Of a DNA stretch of 64,000 nt, positions 53,673-64,000 are shown in pieces. The translations under genes were made by a program, and so were the position numbers. The stretch's first letter is position 1, and every line of letters begins with the position of its first letter. Under the pieces are notes generated by a model that saw nothing but the letters and a program-made list of their open reading frames with translations, was not told the origin of the DNA and did not search any database. Where the stretch lies: contig JAZNPP010000056.1 in assembly GCA_045589695.1 (NCBI GenBank), positions 2,100 to 66,099 of the forward strand, written 5' to 3'. The stretch is from Bacteroidaceae bacterium. GTDB lineage: Bacteria > Bacteroidota > Bacteroidia > Bacteroidales > Bacteroidaceae.

Positions 53673-56423
53673 ATGAGCTTAGCAAGCACCTACATACCCG
53701 CAGAGGTTGAAGAAAAATGGTACGAATATTGGTTGAAGAACAACCTTTTCCATTCAGAGCCAGACGAAAGAGAGCCATACACTATTGTGATACCGCCGCC
53801 AAACGTGACAGGCGTGCTTCACATGGGACACATGCTTAACAATACAATCCAAGACATACTTGTACGCCATGCACGCATGCTGGGCAAAAACGCATGTTGG
53901 GTACCGGGCACCGACCATGCATCTATCGCAACCGAGGCTAAGGTTGTAAAAAGACTTGCGGAGCAGGGTATAAAAAAGAGCGACCTCACTCGTGAGGAGT
54001 TCCTGAAGCATGCATGGGAGTGGACCGACGAACATGGCGGCATCATCCTGAAGCAACTCCGCAAATTGGGAGCATCGTGCGATTGGGACCGCACATCGTT
54101 CACTATGGACGAAATACGCAGCAAGAGCGTTATCAAGGTATTCTGCGACCTTTACAACAAAGGCCTCATATATCGCGGACTCCGCATGGTGAACTGGGAC
54201 CCTAAAGCCCAGACTGCGCTCAGCAACGAGGAGGTTATTTACAGAGAGGAGAAGAGCAAGCTCTACTACCTGAGATATTATGTAGACGAGGCCGCAGGCT
54301 GCACCGACGGCGAAGATAACGGTGCTGTCACATTATCCCCGACGGATGCATTCGACCCGACAGTAAAGCACCAGATACTGCACCGTGACGCCAATGGCCG
54401 CCGCTACGCAGTAGTAGCGACCACACGCCCCGAGACGATCATGGGCGATACAGCGATGTGCATAAACCCTAAAGACCCGAAAAACACATGGCTCAAAGGC
54501 AAAAATGTCATCGTTCCTCTTGTAAACAGAGTAATTCCGGTAATCGAAGACCGCTATGTAGAGATTGAGTTCGGTACAGGTTGCCTGAAGGTAACGCCCG
54601 CCCACGACACCAACGACTACATGCTCGGCAAGACACATAACCTTGAGACAATAGACATATTCAATGCCGACGCTACACTCAGCGAAGCTGCAGGACTCTA
54701 TGTAGGCATGGACCGCATGGAGGTACGCAAGCAGATAGCGAAGGACCTTGCCGACGCAGGGCTTTTGGAGAAAGTCGAGGACTACGACAACAAGGTCGGA
54801 TACAGCGAGCGTAACGCCGACACGGCTGTTGAGCCGCGTCTTTGCATGCAGTGGTTCTTGCGCATGCAGCACTTTGCGGACATAGCATTGCCTCCTGTAA
54901 TGGAAGACAGACTCAAGTTCTACCCGGCAAAATACAAGACGACATACAACAATTGGCTCTCAAACATCCAGGACTGGTGCATCAGCCGCCAGCTGTGGTG
55001 GGGCCACCGTATACCGGCATACTTCCTCCCGACAGCCGAAGGCGCTGAAGAGAGATACGTTGTGGCGGAGAGCCGTGAAGAGGCATTGAAGCTTGCTCAG
55101 GCCATTCCAGGATATGAAGACATCACAGCCGAGGAGCTGCGTCATGACGAGGATGCGCTCGACACATGGTTCAGTTCATGGCTATGGCCTATCTCCCTGT
55201 TCAACGGAATACTTGAACCGGGCAACAAAGAGATAAGCTACTACTACCCCACAAGCGACCTCGTGACAGGACCTGACATTATATTCTTCTGGGTTGCCCG
55301 CATGATGATGTCGGGTTACGAATACCAGGGCGAAATGCCTTTCAAGAATGTATATTTCACAGGTATCGTGCGTGACAAGCTCGGACGCAAGATGAGCAAG
55401 TCGCTCGGCAACAGCCCCGACCCGCTCGACCTTATCGCCCGTTACGGCGCCGACGGTGTACGCATGGGCATCATGCTCTCTGCACCTGCAGGCAACGATA
55501 TTCTTTTCGACGAGAGCCTGTGCGAGCAAGGACGTAACTTCTGCAACAAGATATGGAACGCATTCCGCCTTGTAAAGGGCTGGAGCATAAGTTCGGATAT
55601 CGAACAGCCCGAAAGTTCCAAGCTTGCAGTAGAATACTTCAATGAAACACTCGCCAAAGCAGCCTCATTGCTTGAGGACCAGTTCGGCAAGTATCGCCTC
55701 AACGAAGCGTTGATGAATGTATACTCGCTCTTCTGGGACGAGTTCTCGGCATGGTATCTTGAGATGATAAAGCCAGCATACGGAGCGCCTATCGACGCAG
55801 CCACATATGAGGCGACACTCGGTTTCTTCGACAGCCTGCTTCGCTTGCTCCACCCCTTCATGCCGTTCATTACCGAAGAGTTGTGGCAGAGCATCAAGGA
55901 ACGTAAAGAGGGAGAGAGCCTCATGACACAGAGCGTCAAGGAACTTGCCGTTGAACACGATGAAGAGTACCTCGCAAAGATTGCGATACTGAAGGACGTT
56001 ATAAGCAACATACGTTCTACACGCCAGCAGAAGAACCTGTCGCCCCGTGAGCAGCTCGCTCTGCAGATTGTAGGCGAATCTCCTGTTCAGGGCCTCGAAT
56101 GCATACTGATAAAGATGGGCAACCTCACATCCATCGAGAACGTGGCTACACCCGATGACACGGCTGTTTCGTTCCGTGTGGGCACAACGGAGTTCGCTAT
56201 CCCGATGGGGTCGCTCATCGACAAGGACGCAGAGATTGCCAAGATGCAGGAAGAACTTGCATACCACGAAAGATTCCTAAAGAGCGTAGAGGCAAAGCTC
56301 AACAACCCCAACTTTGTAAGCAAAGCACCCGAAAAGATTATAGCTATCGAGCGTAAGAAGCAGTCCGACGCCACAGAAAAGATTGCGATGCTTAAAGAGA
56401 GCATACAGAAACTTTCCAAATAA
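53673..56423 (+). CDS. valS: valine--tRNA ligase
   Basis: 916-aa ORF with [16 protein letters not shown] (HIGH-type) and KMSKSLGN, a [12 protein letters not shown] editing block and a C-terminal coiled coil. Confidence 0.93.
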   Translation: MSLASTYIPAEVEEKWYEYWLKNNLFHSEPDEREPYTIVIPPPNVTGVLHMGHMLNNTIQDILVRHARMLGKNACWVPGTDHASIATEAKVVKRLAEQGIKKSDLTREEFLKHAWEWTDEHGGIILKQLRKLGASCDWDRTSFTMDEIRSKSVIKVFCDLYNKGLIYRGLRMVNWDPKAQTALSNEEVIYREEKSKLYYLRYYVDEAAGCTDGEDNGAVTLSPTDAFDPTVKHQILHRDANGRRYAVVATTRPETIMGDTAMCINPKDPKNTWLKGKNVIVPLVNRVIPVIEDRYVEIEFGTGCLKVTPAHDTNDYMLGKTHNLETIDIFNADATLSEAAGLYVGMDRMEVRKQIAKDLADAGLLEKVEDYDNKVGYSERNADTAVEPRLCMQWFLRMQHFADIALPPVMEDRLKFYPAKYKTTYNNWLSNIQDWCISRQLWWGHRIPAYFLPTAEGAEERYVVAESREEALKLAQAIPGYEDITAEELRHDEDALDTWFSSWLWPISLFNGILEPGNKEISYYYPTSDLVTGPDIIFFWVARMMMSGYEYQGEMPFKNVYFTGIVRDKLGRKMSKSLGNSPDPLDLIARYGADGVRMGIMLSAPAGNDILFDESLCEQGRNFCNKIWNAFRLVKGWSISSDIEQPESSKLAVEYFNETLAKAASLLEDQFGKYRLNEALMNVYSLFWDEFSAWYLEMIKPAYGAPIDAATYEATLGFFDSLLRLLHPFMPFITEELWQSIKERKEGESLMTQSVKELAVEHDEEYLAKIAILKDVISNIRSTRQQKNLSPREQLALQIVGESPVQGLECILIKMGNLTSIENVATPDDTAVSFRVGTTEFAIPMGSLIDKDAEIAKMQEELAYHERFLKSVEAKLNNPNFVSKAPEKIIAIERKKQSDATEKIAMLKESIQKLSK

Positions 56424-56444
56424 CAACTGAAAGCGAAAAACGAG

Positions 56445-57335
56445 ATGCAGGACAAAAAACGTATAGCAATCATCGCGCTGAGCGTTGCTGCGGCCATTCT
56501 CCTTATAGCCGGCATATACTTAGGCGTCGCCTTGCATAACAGCGAGGCCCATAATGCCGAGGTACAAGAGCTTATGGCGCTTGAGAAAGAGGAGATGCTG
56601 AACGACCTCGCGACAGCCCAGTTGCAGTACGACGAACTTATGGTACGCATAAACAATGACTCTCTAAAGTTCAAACTTGAGAGAGAGCAGATGCGTACGC
56701 AGCAGCTGCTTGAGGAACTGGAACTGACAAAAGCGACAAGCGCCGCCGAAATCACAAGGCTCAAGAAAGAGCTGAGAACCGTACGTGCAGTCCTGAAGAA
56801 CTACGTAATGCAGATTGATTCGCTCAACAGAGAGAACGAATCGCTCAAAAAGGAGAACACCGCCGTACGCAAGAAATACCGTGAAGCTTCAAAGAAGATA
56901 GACAACCTCTCCGAGGAAAAGCAGAAACTGAGCGAAAAGATAACCCTGGCATCGCAGCTCGACGCAACAGGAGTCAGCATTTCTTTGTTAAGAAAGAACG
57001 GCAAAGCGACCCCGAGCATCAAGCGGGCAAAGCAGATTGAGGTAAATTTTACCGTAACAAAGAACATAACAGCCCAGACCGGCGACAAGGCCGCATACAT
57101 AAGAATTATGCAACCTAACGGCGAAGTGCTTGCAAAAAGCGCAAGCAACACCTTTGTCTACGAAAACCGCAATATCGAATTCTCAATGAGCCGCAAGTTC
57201 GAATACACAGGCGAAAGCCAGGAGCTGACGCTCTATTGGGATATCGAGGAGACATTGCAGAACGGAGAATACAAAGCATTTATATTTGTTGACGGAAACA
57301 TGATAGGTTCCGGCAGCGCAACGTTTGAACAATAA
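56445..57335 (+). CDS. membrane-anchored coiled-coil protein of unknown function
   Basis: 296-aa ORF. It has an N-terminal TM anchor ([22 protein letters not shown]), ~150 aa of heptad-like Glu/Lys/Leu sequence and a ~110-aa beta-rich C-terminal domain. Confidence 0.55.
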   Translation: MQDKKRIAIIALSVAAAILLIAGIYLGVALHNSEAHNAEVQELMALEKEEMLNDLATAQLQYDELMVRINNDSLKFKLEREQMRTQQLLEELELTKATSAAEITRLKKELRTVRAVLKNYVMQIDSLNRENESLKKENTAVRKKYREASKKIDNLSEEKQKLSEKITLASQLDATGVSISLLRKNGKATPSIKRAKQIEVNFTVTKNITAQTGDKAAYIRIMQPNGEVLAKSASNTFVYENRNIEFSMSRKFEYTGESQELTLYWDIEETLQNGEYKAFIFVDGNMIGSGSATFEQ

Positions 57336-57342
57336 GCGAAAG

Positions 57343-58278
57343 ATGAAACGAATACTTGTGACAGGAGGAGCCGGTTTCATAGGCTCGCACCTTTGCGAAA
57401 GGCTTCTGAAAGACGGCAATGACGTCATCTGCCTCGATAACTATTTCACCGGCAGCAAGGACAATATCCGCCACCTTATCGGCAATGACCATTTCGAGCT
57501 TGTACGCCACGATGTCACGCAGCCTTACACGGCCGAGGTCGATGAGATATACAACCTTGCATGCCCTGCATCGCCGGTACACTACCAGCACGACCCTGTT
57601 AAGACAATACAGACATGCGTTATCGGCTCGATGAACATGTTAGGACTTGCTAAGAGAGTGGGCGCAAAGATTCTGCAGGCATCGACAAGCGAGGTGTACG
57701 GCGACCCGAATATTCACCCGCAAGTAGAGAGTTATTGGGGCAACGTAAACCCCATTGGCATACGCTCATGCTATGACGAAGGCAAAAGATGCGCCGAGAC
57801 ACTGTTCATGGACTATCACAGACAGAACGATGTCCGCATCAAGATTATCCGTATATTCAACACTTACGGCCCTCGCATGAGCATGAATGACGGACGTGTC
57901 GTGTCGAACTTCATTGTCCAGGCACTGAAAGGAGAAAACATAACAATATATGGCGACGGCAAGCAGACCCGCAGTTTCCAGTATGTCGATGACCTTGTCG
58001 AGGGCATGGTGCGCATGATGGAGACCGGCGACAAATTCGTAGGCCCAGTAAACATAGGCAACCCCGGCGAGTTCACCATGCTCGAACTTGCCGAGAGAGT
58101 CATCGAACTGACAGACTCGAAATCAAAGATCGTATTCGAGCCGCTGCCGCAGGACGACCCCCGCCAACGCAAGCCCGATATTTCACTTGCCCACAAAGAG
58201 CTTAGAGGATGGAAACCCGAAATAAAGCTCGACGAAGGACTTGCAAAGACCATAAACTATTTCAGAACATTAATTTAA
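57343..58278 (+). CDS. UDP-glucuronate decarboxylase (UDP-xylose synthase), SDR family
   Basis: The ORF track starts at 57325, but [16 protein letters not shown] at 57343 is the typical start and avoids overlap. It has the catalytic SCYDEGKR (YxxxK) and high overall resemblance to UXS enzymes. Confidence 0.88.
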   Translation: MKRILVTGGAGFIGSHLCERLLKDGNDVICLDNYFTGSKDNIRHLIGNDHFELVRHDVTQPYTAEVDEIYNLACPASPVHYQHDPVKTIQTCVIGSMNMLGLAKRVGAKILQASTSEVYGDPNIHPQVESYWGNVNPIGIRSCYDEGKRCAETLFMDYHRQNDVRIKIIRIFNTYGPRMSMNDGRVVSNFIVQALKGENITIYGDGKQTRSFQYVDDLVEGMVRMMETGDKFVGPVNIGNPGEFTMLELAERVIELTDSKSKIVFEPLPQDDPRQRKPDISLAHKELRGWKPEIKLDEGLAKTINYFRTLI

Positions 58279-58290
58279 AGATTATACAAG

Positions 58291-60018
58291 ATGAATATTT
58301 TAGAATTGAGCGAACAGGAAATTGTACGCCGTGAAGCTCTTGCTGAGCTACGCAACATGGGCATTGACCCCTACCCCGCAGCAGAATACCCGACAAACGC
58401 ATTCTCAACAGACATAATCGCAGAATTCAAGGACGAAGATGAACCGCGCGAGGTTTGTATCGCAGGCAGAATGATGAGCCGTCGTGTAATGGGCAAGGCG
58501 TCATTCATTGAATTGCAGGACTCCAAAGGCAGAATTCAGGTATATATAACACGTGACGATATATGTCCGGGAGAGAACAAGGAGGGTTACAACGTTCTCT
58601 TCAAGCGTATCCTTGACATCGGCGACTTTGTCGGCATCAAGGGTTTCGTGTTCCGCACACAGACCGGCGAAATTACAGTACACGCTAAAGAGCTTACAAT
58701 TCTGTCAAAGAGCATCCGCCCGCTTCCTATCGTCAAATACAAGGACGGCGTCGCATACGACAAGTTCGAAGACCCCGAATTGCGTTACCGCCAGAGATAT
58801 GTGGACCTTGTCGTGAACGATGAAGTAAAAGAGATTTTCATCAAGCGCAACAAGATTTACAGTTCAATGCGCGAGTTCTTCAATTCAAAGGGATACATGG
58901 AGGTTGAGACTCCGGTATTGCAGTCTATCCCCGGCGGCGCGGCGGCACGTCCGTTCATCACTCACCACAATGCGCTCGACATTCCCCTTTACCTTCGCAT
59001 AGCCAATGAGCTTTACCTGAAACGTCTTATCGTAGGCGGATTTGAGGGTGTATACGAGTTCTCGAAGAACTTCCGCAACGAGGGTATGGACCGCACGCAC
59101 AACCCTGAGTTCACATGTATGGAGATATATGTTTCATACAAGGACTACAACTGGATGATGTGCTTTACAGAGCAGATGCTCGAGAAAATCGCTATGGACG
59201 TGAACGGCACGACCGATGTCCAGGTCGGCGAGAATGTCATCAGTTTCAAGGCTCCGTTCCGCAGAGTGACAATGCTCGACTCAATCAAGGAGTTCACGGG
59301 CTACGACCTCAACGGCAAGAGCGAGGAGGAGATTTTCGCTATATGCAAGGAGCTTAAGCTTGAGGTAGACGACACGATGGGCAAGGGCAAGCTTATCGAC
59401 GAGATATTCGGCGAGTTCTGCGAAGGCAACTACATACAGCCTACATTCATCACAGACTACCCCATTGAGATGTCACCTCTCTGCAAACGCCACCGCAGCA
59501 ACCCCGACCTTACAGAGCGTCTCGAGCTTATGGTAAATGGCAAGGAACTTTGCAACGCATACAGCGAGCTTAACGACCCGATTGACCAAGCCGAGCGTTT
59601 CCAGGAGCAGTTACGCCTGAGCGAGAAGGGCGACGACGAGGCGATGTTCATCGACAAGGACTTTGTCCGTGCGCTTGAATACGGCATGCCTCCTACATCG
59701 GGTATGGGTATCGGCATGGACCGTCTGGCTATGCTCATGACAGGACAGACAACAATACAGGAGGTTCTTTTCTTCCCGCAGATGCGTCCCGAGAAGAAGG
59801 TGCCAAAGGACAATGCCGCGGCGTTCGCGGCCATAGGCGTACCCGAAGAGTGGGTACCGGTACTGCACAAGGCCGGCTACAATCTCGTTAATGACTTGAA
59901 GGGCGGCAATGCGCAGAAAATCCAGATGGAGATTGGCGGAATAAACAAGAAGTACAAGTTAGGTTACACCAATCCTTCGGTGAATGATGTCGCCGCATGG
60001 ATTGAAAAGCTTGCATAA
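58291..60018 (+). CDS. lysS: lysine--tRNA ligase, class II, with C-terminal ~70-aa extension
   Basis: 575-aa ORF with an OB-fold N-domain and class II motifs ([30 protein letters not shown]). Confidence 0.93.
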   Translation: MNILELSEQEIVRREALAELRNMGIDPYPAAEYPTNAFSTDIIAEFKDEDEPREVCIAGRMMSRRVMGKASFIELQDSKGRIQVYITRDDICPGENKEGYNVLFKRILDIGDFVGIKGFVFRTQTGEITVHAKELTILSKSIRPLPIVKYKDGVAYDKFEDPELRYRQRYVDLVVNDEVKEIFIKRNKIYSSMREFFNSKGYMEVETPVLQSIPGGAAARPFITHHNALDIPLYLRIANELYLKRLIVGGFEGVYEFSKNFRNEGMDRTHNPEFTCMEIYVSYKDYNWMMCFTEQMLEKIAMDVNGTTDVQVGENVISFKAPFRRVTMLDSIKEFTGYDLNGKSEEEIFAICKELKLEVDDTMGKGKLIDEIFGEFCEGNYIQPTFITDYPIEMSPLCKRHRSNPDLTERLELMVNGKELCNAYSELNDPIDQAERFQEQLRLSEKGDDEAMFIDKDFVRALEYGMPPTSGMGIGMDRLAMLMTGQTTIQEVLFFPQMRPEKKVPKDNAAAFAAIGVPEEWVPVLHKAGYNLVNDLKGGNAQKIQMEIGGINKKYKLGYTNPSVNDVAAWIEKLA

Positions 60019-60035
60019 CCATAAACGATTATATC

Positions 60036-61034
60036 ATGGAACTTTCCAACAAACAGGTTGCCATTATGGGCGGCGGCAGTTGGGCTACGGCTATTGCCAA
60101 AATAATACTCAACAATGTCGAGACCATAAACTGGTACATCAGACGTGATGACCGCATAGAGGATTTCAAGCGCTTGGGACATAACCCGGCCTACCTGTCT
60201 GCCGTAAAATTCGATACGGACAGAATAAATTTCTCGTCGGACATCAACAAAGTTGTAAAAGAGAGTGACATTCTGGTGTTCGTTACACCTTCGCCCTACC
60301 TCAAGAACCACTTGAAGAAACTGAAAGCCGACCTTGAGGACAAGTTCATCGTGAACGCAATCAAAGGAATCGTTCCCGATGAGAACCTTATAATTTCGGA
60401 ATATTTTAATAAGGTATATAAGGTACCTTACGAGAACATTGCAGCCATAGCTGGGCCATGTCATGCCGAGGAGGTCGCTCTCGAACGCCTTTCGTACCTT
60501 ACTGTAGGCTGTTCAAGCATAGACCATGCAAAACAGTTCGCTAAAAAGCTCGGCAACAGCTTCATCAAGACATCGGTAAGCGACGACGTTGTCGGCATCG
60601 AGTACGGTTCAGTACTGAAGAACATATATGCTATCGCTGCAGGTATATGCAGCGGACTGAAGTACGGCGACAATTTCCAGGCTGTGCTTATGTCGAACGC
60701 AGCCATTGAAATGAACCGTTTCTTGAGCGTGGTACACCCTATCGAGCGTACTATAAACGACTCCGTTTATATGGGCGACCTGCTTGTGACAGGATATTCA
60801 CGATTCAGCCGTAACCGTGTGTTCGGAAGCATGATAGGCAAAGGCTACTCGGTAAAGAACGCTCAGATTGAGATGGAGATGATTGCCGAAGGCTATTACG
60901 CCGCAAAGTGCATAAAGGAGATAAACGAGCATTATCGCATAAACACTCCTATCATTGACGCTGTTTATAATATCCTTTACGAAGGCATTTCCCCCGTCAT
61001 TGAGATTAAGCTATTAACCGACTCATTCAAATAA
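60036..61034 (+). CDS. gpsA: NAD(P)H-dependent glycerol-3-phosphate dehydrogenase
   Basis: 332-aa ORF with VAIMGGGSWATAIA Rossmann start and the NAIKGI and GSVLKNIYAIAAG blocks. Confidence 0.9.
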   Translation: MELSNKQVAIMGGGSWATAIAKIILNNVETINWYIRRDDRIEDFKRLGHNPAYLSAVKFDTDRINFSSDINKVVKESDILVFVTPSPYLKNHLKKLKADLEDKFIVNAIKGIVPDENLIISEYFNKVYKVPYENIAAIAGPCHAEEVALERLSYLTVGCSSIDHAKQFAKKLGNSFIKTSVSDDVVGIEYGSVLKNIYAIAAGICSGLKYGDNFQAVLMSNAAIEMNRFLSVVHPIERTINDSVYMGDLLVTGYSRFSRNRVFGSMIGKGYSVKNAQIEMEMIAEGYYAAKCIKEINEHYRINTPIIDAVYNILYEGISPVIEIKLLTDSFK

Positions 61035-61046
61035 AACCATACAGCA

Positions 61047-62390
61047 ATGAAAAATATATCATTGAACATCGACAAGGTAACAAGTTTTGTTACAAGAGAA
61101 CAGATTATGGCTCTTGAGCCACAGGTAAAGAGCGCTCAAAAGGCACTCGAAGAGGGTACGCTTCCCGGCAACGACTTCTTGGGCTGGCTTCACCTTCCTT
61201 CTTCGATAACAAAGGAGCATATCGACGACATCAACGCAACGGCAAAGACCCTTCGCGATAACTGCGAGGTTGTTGTTGTAGCGGGTATCGGCGGCAGTTA
61301 CTTAGGCGCTCGCGCAGTCATCGAAGCGTTGAGCAACAACTTTGCGTCGCTTTTGAACGACAATAAGAACCCGAAAGTTATATTTGCCGGACATAACATC
61401 AGCGAGGACTATCTGTTCGAACTTACCGAATACTTGAAGGACAAGAAGTTCGGCGTTATCAACATATCAAAGTCTGGCACGACAACCGAAACGGCCCTTG
61501 CGTTCCGTCTGCTCAAGAAGCAGTGCGAGGAACAGCGCGGCAAGGAGACGGCAAGCAAGGTAATTGTAGCTATTACCGACGCAGTCAAGGGTGCAGCACG
61601 CATCACAGCCGAGAAAGAGGGCTACAAGAGCTTTATCATCCCCGACAACGTAGGCGGACGTTTCTCAGTTCTTACTCCTGTAGGCCTGTTGCCTATCGCC
61701 GTTGCAGGCTTTGACATCGAGGCTCTCGTGAACGGAGCGAGAGAGATGGAAAAGGGATGCGCTCCCGAAGTTCCGTTCGAGGAGAACATCGCAGCAATGT
61801 ACGCAGCTGCACGTAACGCTCTTTACGCCGACGGCAAGAAGATTGAAATTCTCGTGAATTACCAGCCAAAGCTCCACTTCACATCGGAATGGTGGAGGCA
61901 GCCCTACGGGGAGAGCGAGGGCAAAGAGAACAAGGGTATATTCCCTGCATCGGTAGACTTCACTACCGACCTTCACTCAATGGGTCAGTGGATTCAGGAG
62001 GGCGAACGTACTATCTTTGAGACAGTGCTGTCTATTGAGAAGCCAAACAGCTCGCTCACCGTTCCGAGCGACGAGGAAAACCTCGACGGCCTCAACTTCC
62101 TTGCCGGCAAGCACGTCGATGAGGTGAATAAGATGGCGGAATTAGGCACGCAGCTTGCGCATGTCGATGGCGGCGTTCCGAACATCCGTATCTCAATACC
62201 GGAACTCAACGCATATTACATTGGCCAGTTGCTCTACTTCTTTGAGATTGGCTGCGGCATAAGCGGTTATATATTGGGAGTAAACCCATTCAACCAGCCT
62301 GGCGTGGAGGCATACAAAAAGAACATGTTCGCGCTTCTTGACAAGCCGGGTTACGAAGAGGAGAGCAAAGCTATCCGTGCAAGACTATAA
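61047..62390 (+). CDS. pgi: glucose-6-phosphate isomerase
   Basis: 447-aa ORF with [23 protein letters not shown] and [17 protein letters not shown] signatures. Confidence 0.93.
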   Translation: MKNISLNIDKVTSFVTREQIMALEPQVKSAQKALEEGTLPGNDFLGWLHLPSSITKEHIDDINATAKTLRDNCEVVVVAGIGGSYLGARAVIEALSNNFASLLNDNKNPKVIFAGHNISEDYLFELTEYLKDKKFGVINISKSGTTTETALAFRLLKKQCEEQRGKETASKVIVAITDAVKGAARITAEKEGYKSFIIPDNVGGRFSVLTPVGLLPIAVAGFDIEALVNGAREMEKGCAPEVPFEENIAAMYAAARNALYADGKKIEILVNYQPKLHFTSEWWRQPYGESEGKENKGIFPASVDFTTDLHSMGQWIQEGERTIFETVLSIEKPNSSLTVPSDEENLDGLNFLAGKHVDEVNKMAELGTQLAHVDGGVPNIRISIPELNAYYIGQLLYFFEIGCGISGYILGVNPFNQPGVEAYKKNMFALLDKPGYEEESKAIRARL

Positions 62391-63124
62391 TGAACTATAG
62401 AGAAGCGATTGAAAAATATAAGCGACTGCATGGCTATGAAGCCATGCAGTTGCGTGCTGTTTTGTTCGACATGGACGGCGTATTGTTCGACTCAATGCCC
62501 TACCATGCCGCGGCATGGTCAAAGGTAATGAGCGACGCCGGTTTCACATTCTCCAAAGAGGATGTTTACATGAACGAAGGACGTACAGGCGCCGACACCA
62601 TAAACACGGCAAGCCTTGCACAATTCGGCAAGCCCTCGACACCGGAACAGATTGACGCCCTCTGCCGTGCCAAATGCGAGCTGTTCGACACATACCCCGC
62701 CACTCCGCGAATGGAAGGAGCGATAGAACTCGTAAAAAAGGTAAAGGCATGCGGACTGACGCCAATGATTGTCACAGGCAGCGGTACTCCGACCCTGCTT
62801 GACCGCATACAGAGCAACTTTCCCGGGCTCTTTGACGAAAACCATATTGTCACGAGCTTCAACGTGAAGCGCGGCAAGCCCTACCCTGACCCCTACCTGC
62901 TCGCAATGGAAAAAGGAGGACTTAAGCCGCACGAGGCCATTGTCGTCGAGAACGCCCCGTTAGGAGTCACAGCTGGCGTAGCGGCAGGGTTGTTTACTGT
63001 TGCGGTAAACACGGGTCCCTTGAAAGACAAGGTGCTGAGCGATGCAGGAGCAAGCATTGTATTCCCGTCCATGCCGGCATTGCGCGATGAATGGGAAAGA
63101 CTGCACGACGCATTGACAAGATAG
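62390..63124 (+). CDS. HAD-superfamily hydrolase (beta-phosphoglucomutase-like subfamily)
   Basis: 244-aa ORF with AVLFDMDGVLFDS, IVTGS, KRGKPYPDPY and VVENAPLGVTAGVAAG. Its ATG overlaps the pgi stop by one base. Confidence 0.8.
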   Translation: MNYREAIEKYKRLHGYEAMQLRAVLFDMDGVLFDSMPYHAAAWSKVMSDAGFTFSKEDVYMNEGRTGADTINTASLAQFGKPSTPEQIDALCRAKCELFDTYPATPRMEGAIELVKKVKACGLTPMIVTGSGTPTLLDRIQSNFPGLFDENHIVTSFNVKRGKPYPDPYLLAMEKGGLKPHEAIVVENAPLGVTAGVAAGLFTVAVNTGPLKDKVLSDAGASIVFPSMPALRDEWERLHDALTR

Positions 63125-63136
63125 CTCGACATTACG

Positions 63137-63973
63137 ATGAAGAGGATAGCCAAGCGCATAAGCGAGAATATCAGCAGCCACTACTCCGCAGGAGAGGTGG
63201 CTGCGCTTACTCGTATCATTTCGACAGAGCTGCTCGGAATCCCCGACATGGCATATTACCTTAAAGAGGATACGACGCTAACGGCAGAACAGCAACAGCT
63301 GCTTGACGATGCAATAAAGAGACTGCAGAGCAAAGAACCCATCCAATATATCCTCGGCTACAGCGACTTCTGCGGCCTGCGTTTCAAGGTAAACCGGGCA
63401 ACGCTGATACCGCGTCCCGAAACAAGCGGACTTGTAGAGTGGATAGCGGACGAAAGCAAAGGCGGCGAACATATACTCGACATTGGAACAGGCAGCGGAT
63501 GCATTGCGATAGCGCTCGCGAAAAAGATAAAAAGGAGCAAGGTTACAGCATGGGACATCTCTGCCGACGCTCTTGCGACAGCAGAAGAGAACAGCACGAA
63601 CAATTCTGCCGATGTGACATTTGAGGAAGCAGATATTCTCAACCGCCACACATGCGGCAAAAAATTTGATATTATAGTGAGCAACCCGCCATATATAAAA
63701 GAGGAAGAGAAAAAAGGAATGGAAGCGAACGTGCTTGATTGGGAGCCGCATACAGCCCTTTTCGTTCCCGACAGTGACCCGTTGCTCTTCTACCGTGCCA
63801 TAGCGGAAAAGGCCACGGAGATGCTCGCCGACGGCGGAAAACTCTATTTTGAGATAAACCGAATGTATGGCGAAGATATTTGCGGGATGCTCGCAGGAAT
63901 GGGATACACCGGCATTGAACTGCGCAAGGACTTCGCCGACAACGACAGAATGATTAGAGCCGTGTTGCCATGA
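63137..63973 (+). CDS. prmC: release factor glutamine N5-methyltransferase
   Basis: 278-aa ORF with the SAM motif LDIGTGSGCIAIAL and the catalytic IVSNPPY. Confidence 0.88.
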   Translation: MKRIAKRISENISSHYSAGEVAALTRIISTELLGIPDMAYYLKEDTTLTAEQQQLLDDAIKRLQSKEPIQYILGYSDFCGLRFKVNRATLIPRPETSGLVEWIADESKGGEHILDIGTGSGCIAIALAKKIKRSKVTAWDISADALATAEENSTNNSADVTFEEADILNRHTCGKKFDIIVSNPPYIKEEEKKGMEANVLDWEPHTALFVPDSDPLLFYRAIAEKATEMLADGGKLYFEINRMYGEDICGMLAGMGYTGIELRKDFADNDRMIRAVLP

Positions 63974-64000
63974 AAGAATACTCCGAAGCGGAAGCGTTGA
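63970..64000 (+). CDS. 5' end of an unidentified ORF running off the window
   Basis: Its ATG overlaps the prmC stop (ATGA). Only 10 codons are visible (MKEYSEAEAL), so no function can be assigned. Confidence 0.25.
   Translation, partial: MKEYSEAEAL

Noticed and set aside
53673-56423. ValS is longer than I expected (916 aa) and has an Asp/Gly-rich stretch ([22 protein letters not shown]) in the editing-domain region
   Set aside because: Insertions in the CP1/editing region of ValS are common and the length is within the bacterial range. All catalytic motifs are intact. This is not evidence of anything unusual without an alignment.
59760-60018. A ~70-aa C-terminal extension on LysS
   Set aside because: From memory this extension is a regular feature of Bacteroidota class II LysS (about 575 aa), so it is probably lineage-typical rather than novel.
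1-64000. Searched for defence or mobile hallmarks: restriction-modification, toxin-antitoxin, Cas, retron/RT, nuclease-ATPase pairs, recombinases
   Set aside because: None of the ORF translations shows such motifs. The only methyltransferases are RNA or protein-modifying housekeeping enzymes (RlmN, TrmH-like, PrmC).

Overview
This 64-kb window reads as a mostly core-genome stretch of a Bacteroidales (Bacteroidota) chromosome. It holds about 54 plausible protein genes and two tRNAs (initiator tRNA-Met and tRNA-Gly-CCC). I found no rRNA, CRISPR array, transposase, integrase, phage gene or recognisable defence gene. The lineage inference rests on three things: recurrent Bacteroidetes-type -7 promoter boxes (TAnnTTTG plus a local TATCTTCG variant) 15-65 nt upstream of first genes, a lipoprotein-type Omp85 next to TamB, and gene families typical of the order. 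Gene content falls into several groups. Translation and RNA genes: thrS-infC-rpmI-rplT, rpsA, valS, lysS, def, prmC, rlmN, an RluA-like gene, a TrmH-like gene, rnz. Metabolism: pgi, gpsA, pdxA, mazG, apbE. Envelope biogenesis: TamB/TamL, several glycosyltransferases and nucleotidyltransferases, UDP-xylose synthase. There is also an Asn/Gln-to-Asp utilisation cluster (glsA, ansB, porin, dcu, K+/H+ antiporter) and an ECF sigma module. Four things seem most worth a second look. (1) A ~1.2-kb ORF-free island between rplT and the initiator tRNA. It contains a diverged ~215-nt inverted repeat pair whose hairpins are kept by compensatory changes, plus two tandem ~97-nt direct repeats; this is a candidate new structured-RNA or foldback element. 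(2) A translationally coupled pair: an 805-aa three-domain protein (GT-A-like / GT2 / HIT-GalT-like domain with HxHxQ) and a SpoIID/LytB-domain protein, in a non-sporulating lineage. (3) A tightly overlapping nucleotidyltransferase / ATP-grasp-like / CDP-alcohol phosphatidyltransferase / HAD cassette that looks like a CDP-alcohol polar-lipid head-group pathway. (4) An orphan 760-aa membrane protein with an EF-hand-like loop and its own promoter and terminator. All functional calls come from motif recognition by eye on the supplied ORF translations. No database search or folding program was run, and family names given as DUFxxxx are from memory.
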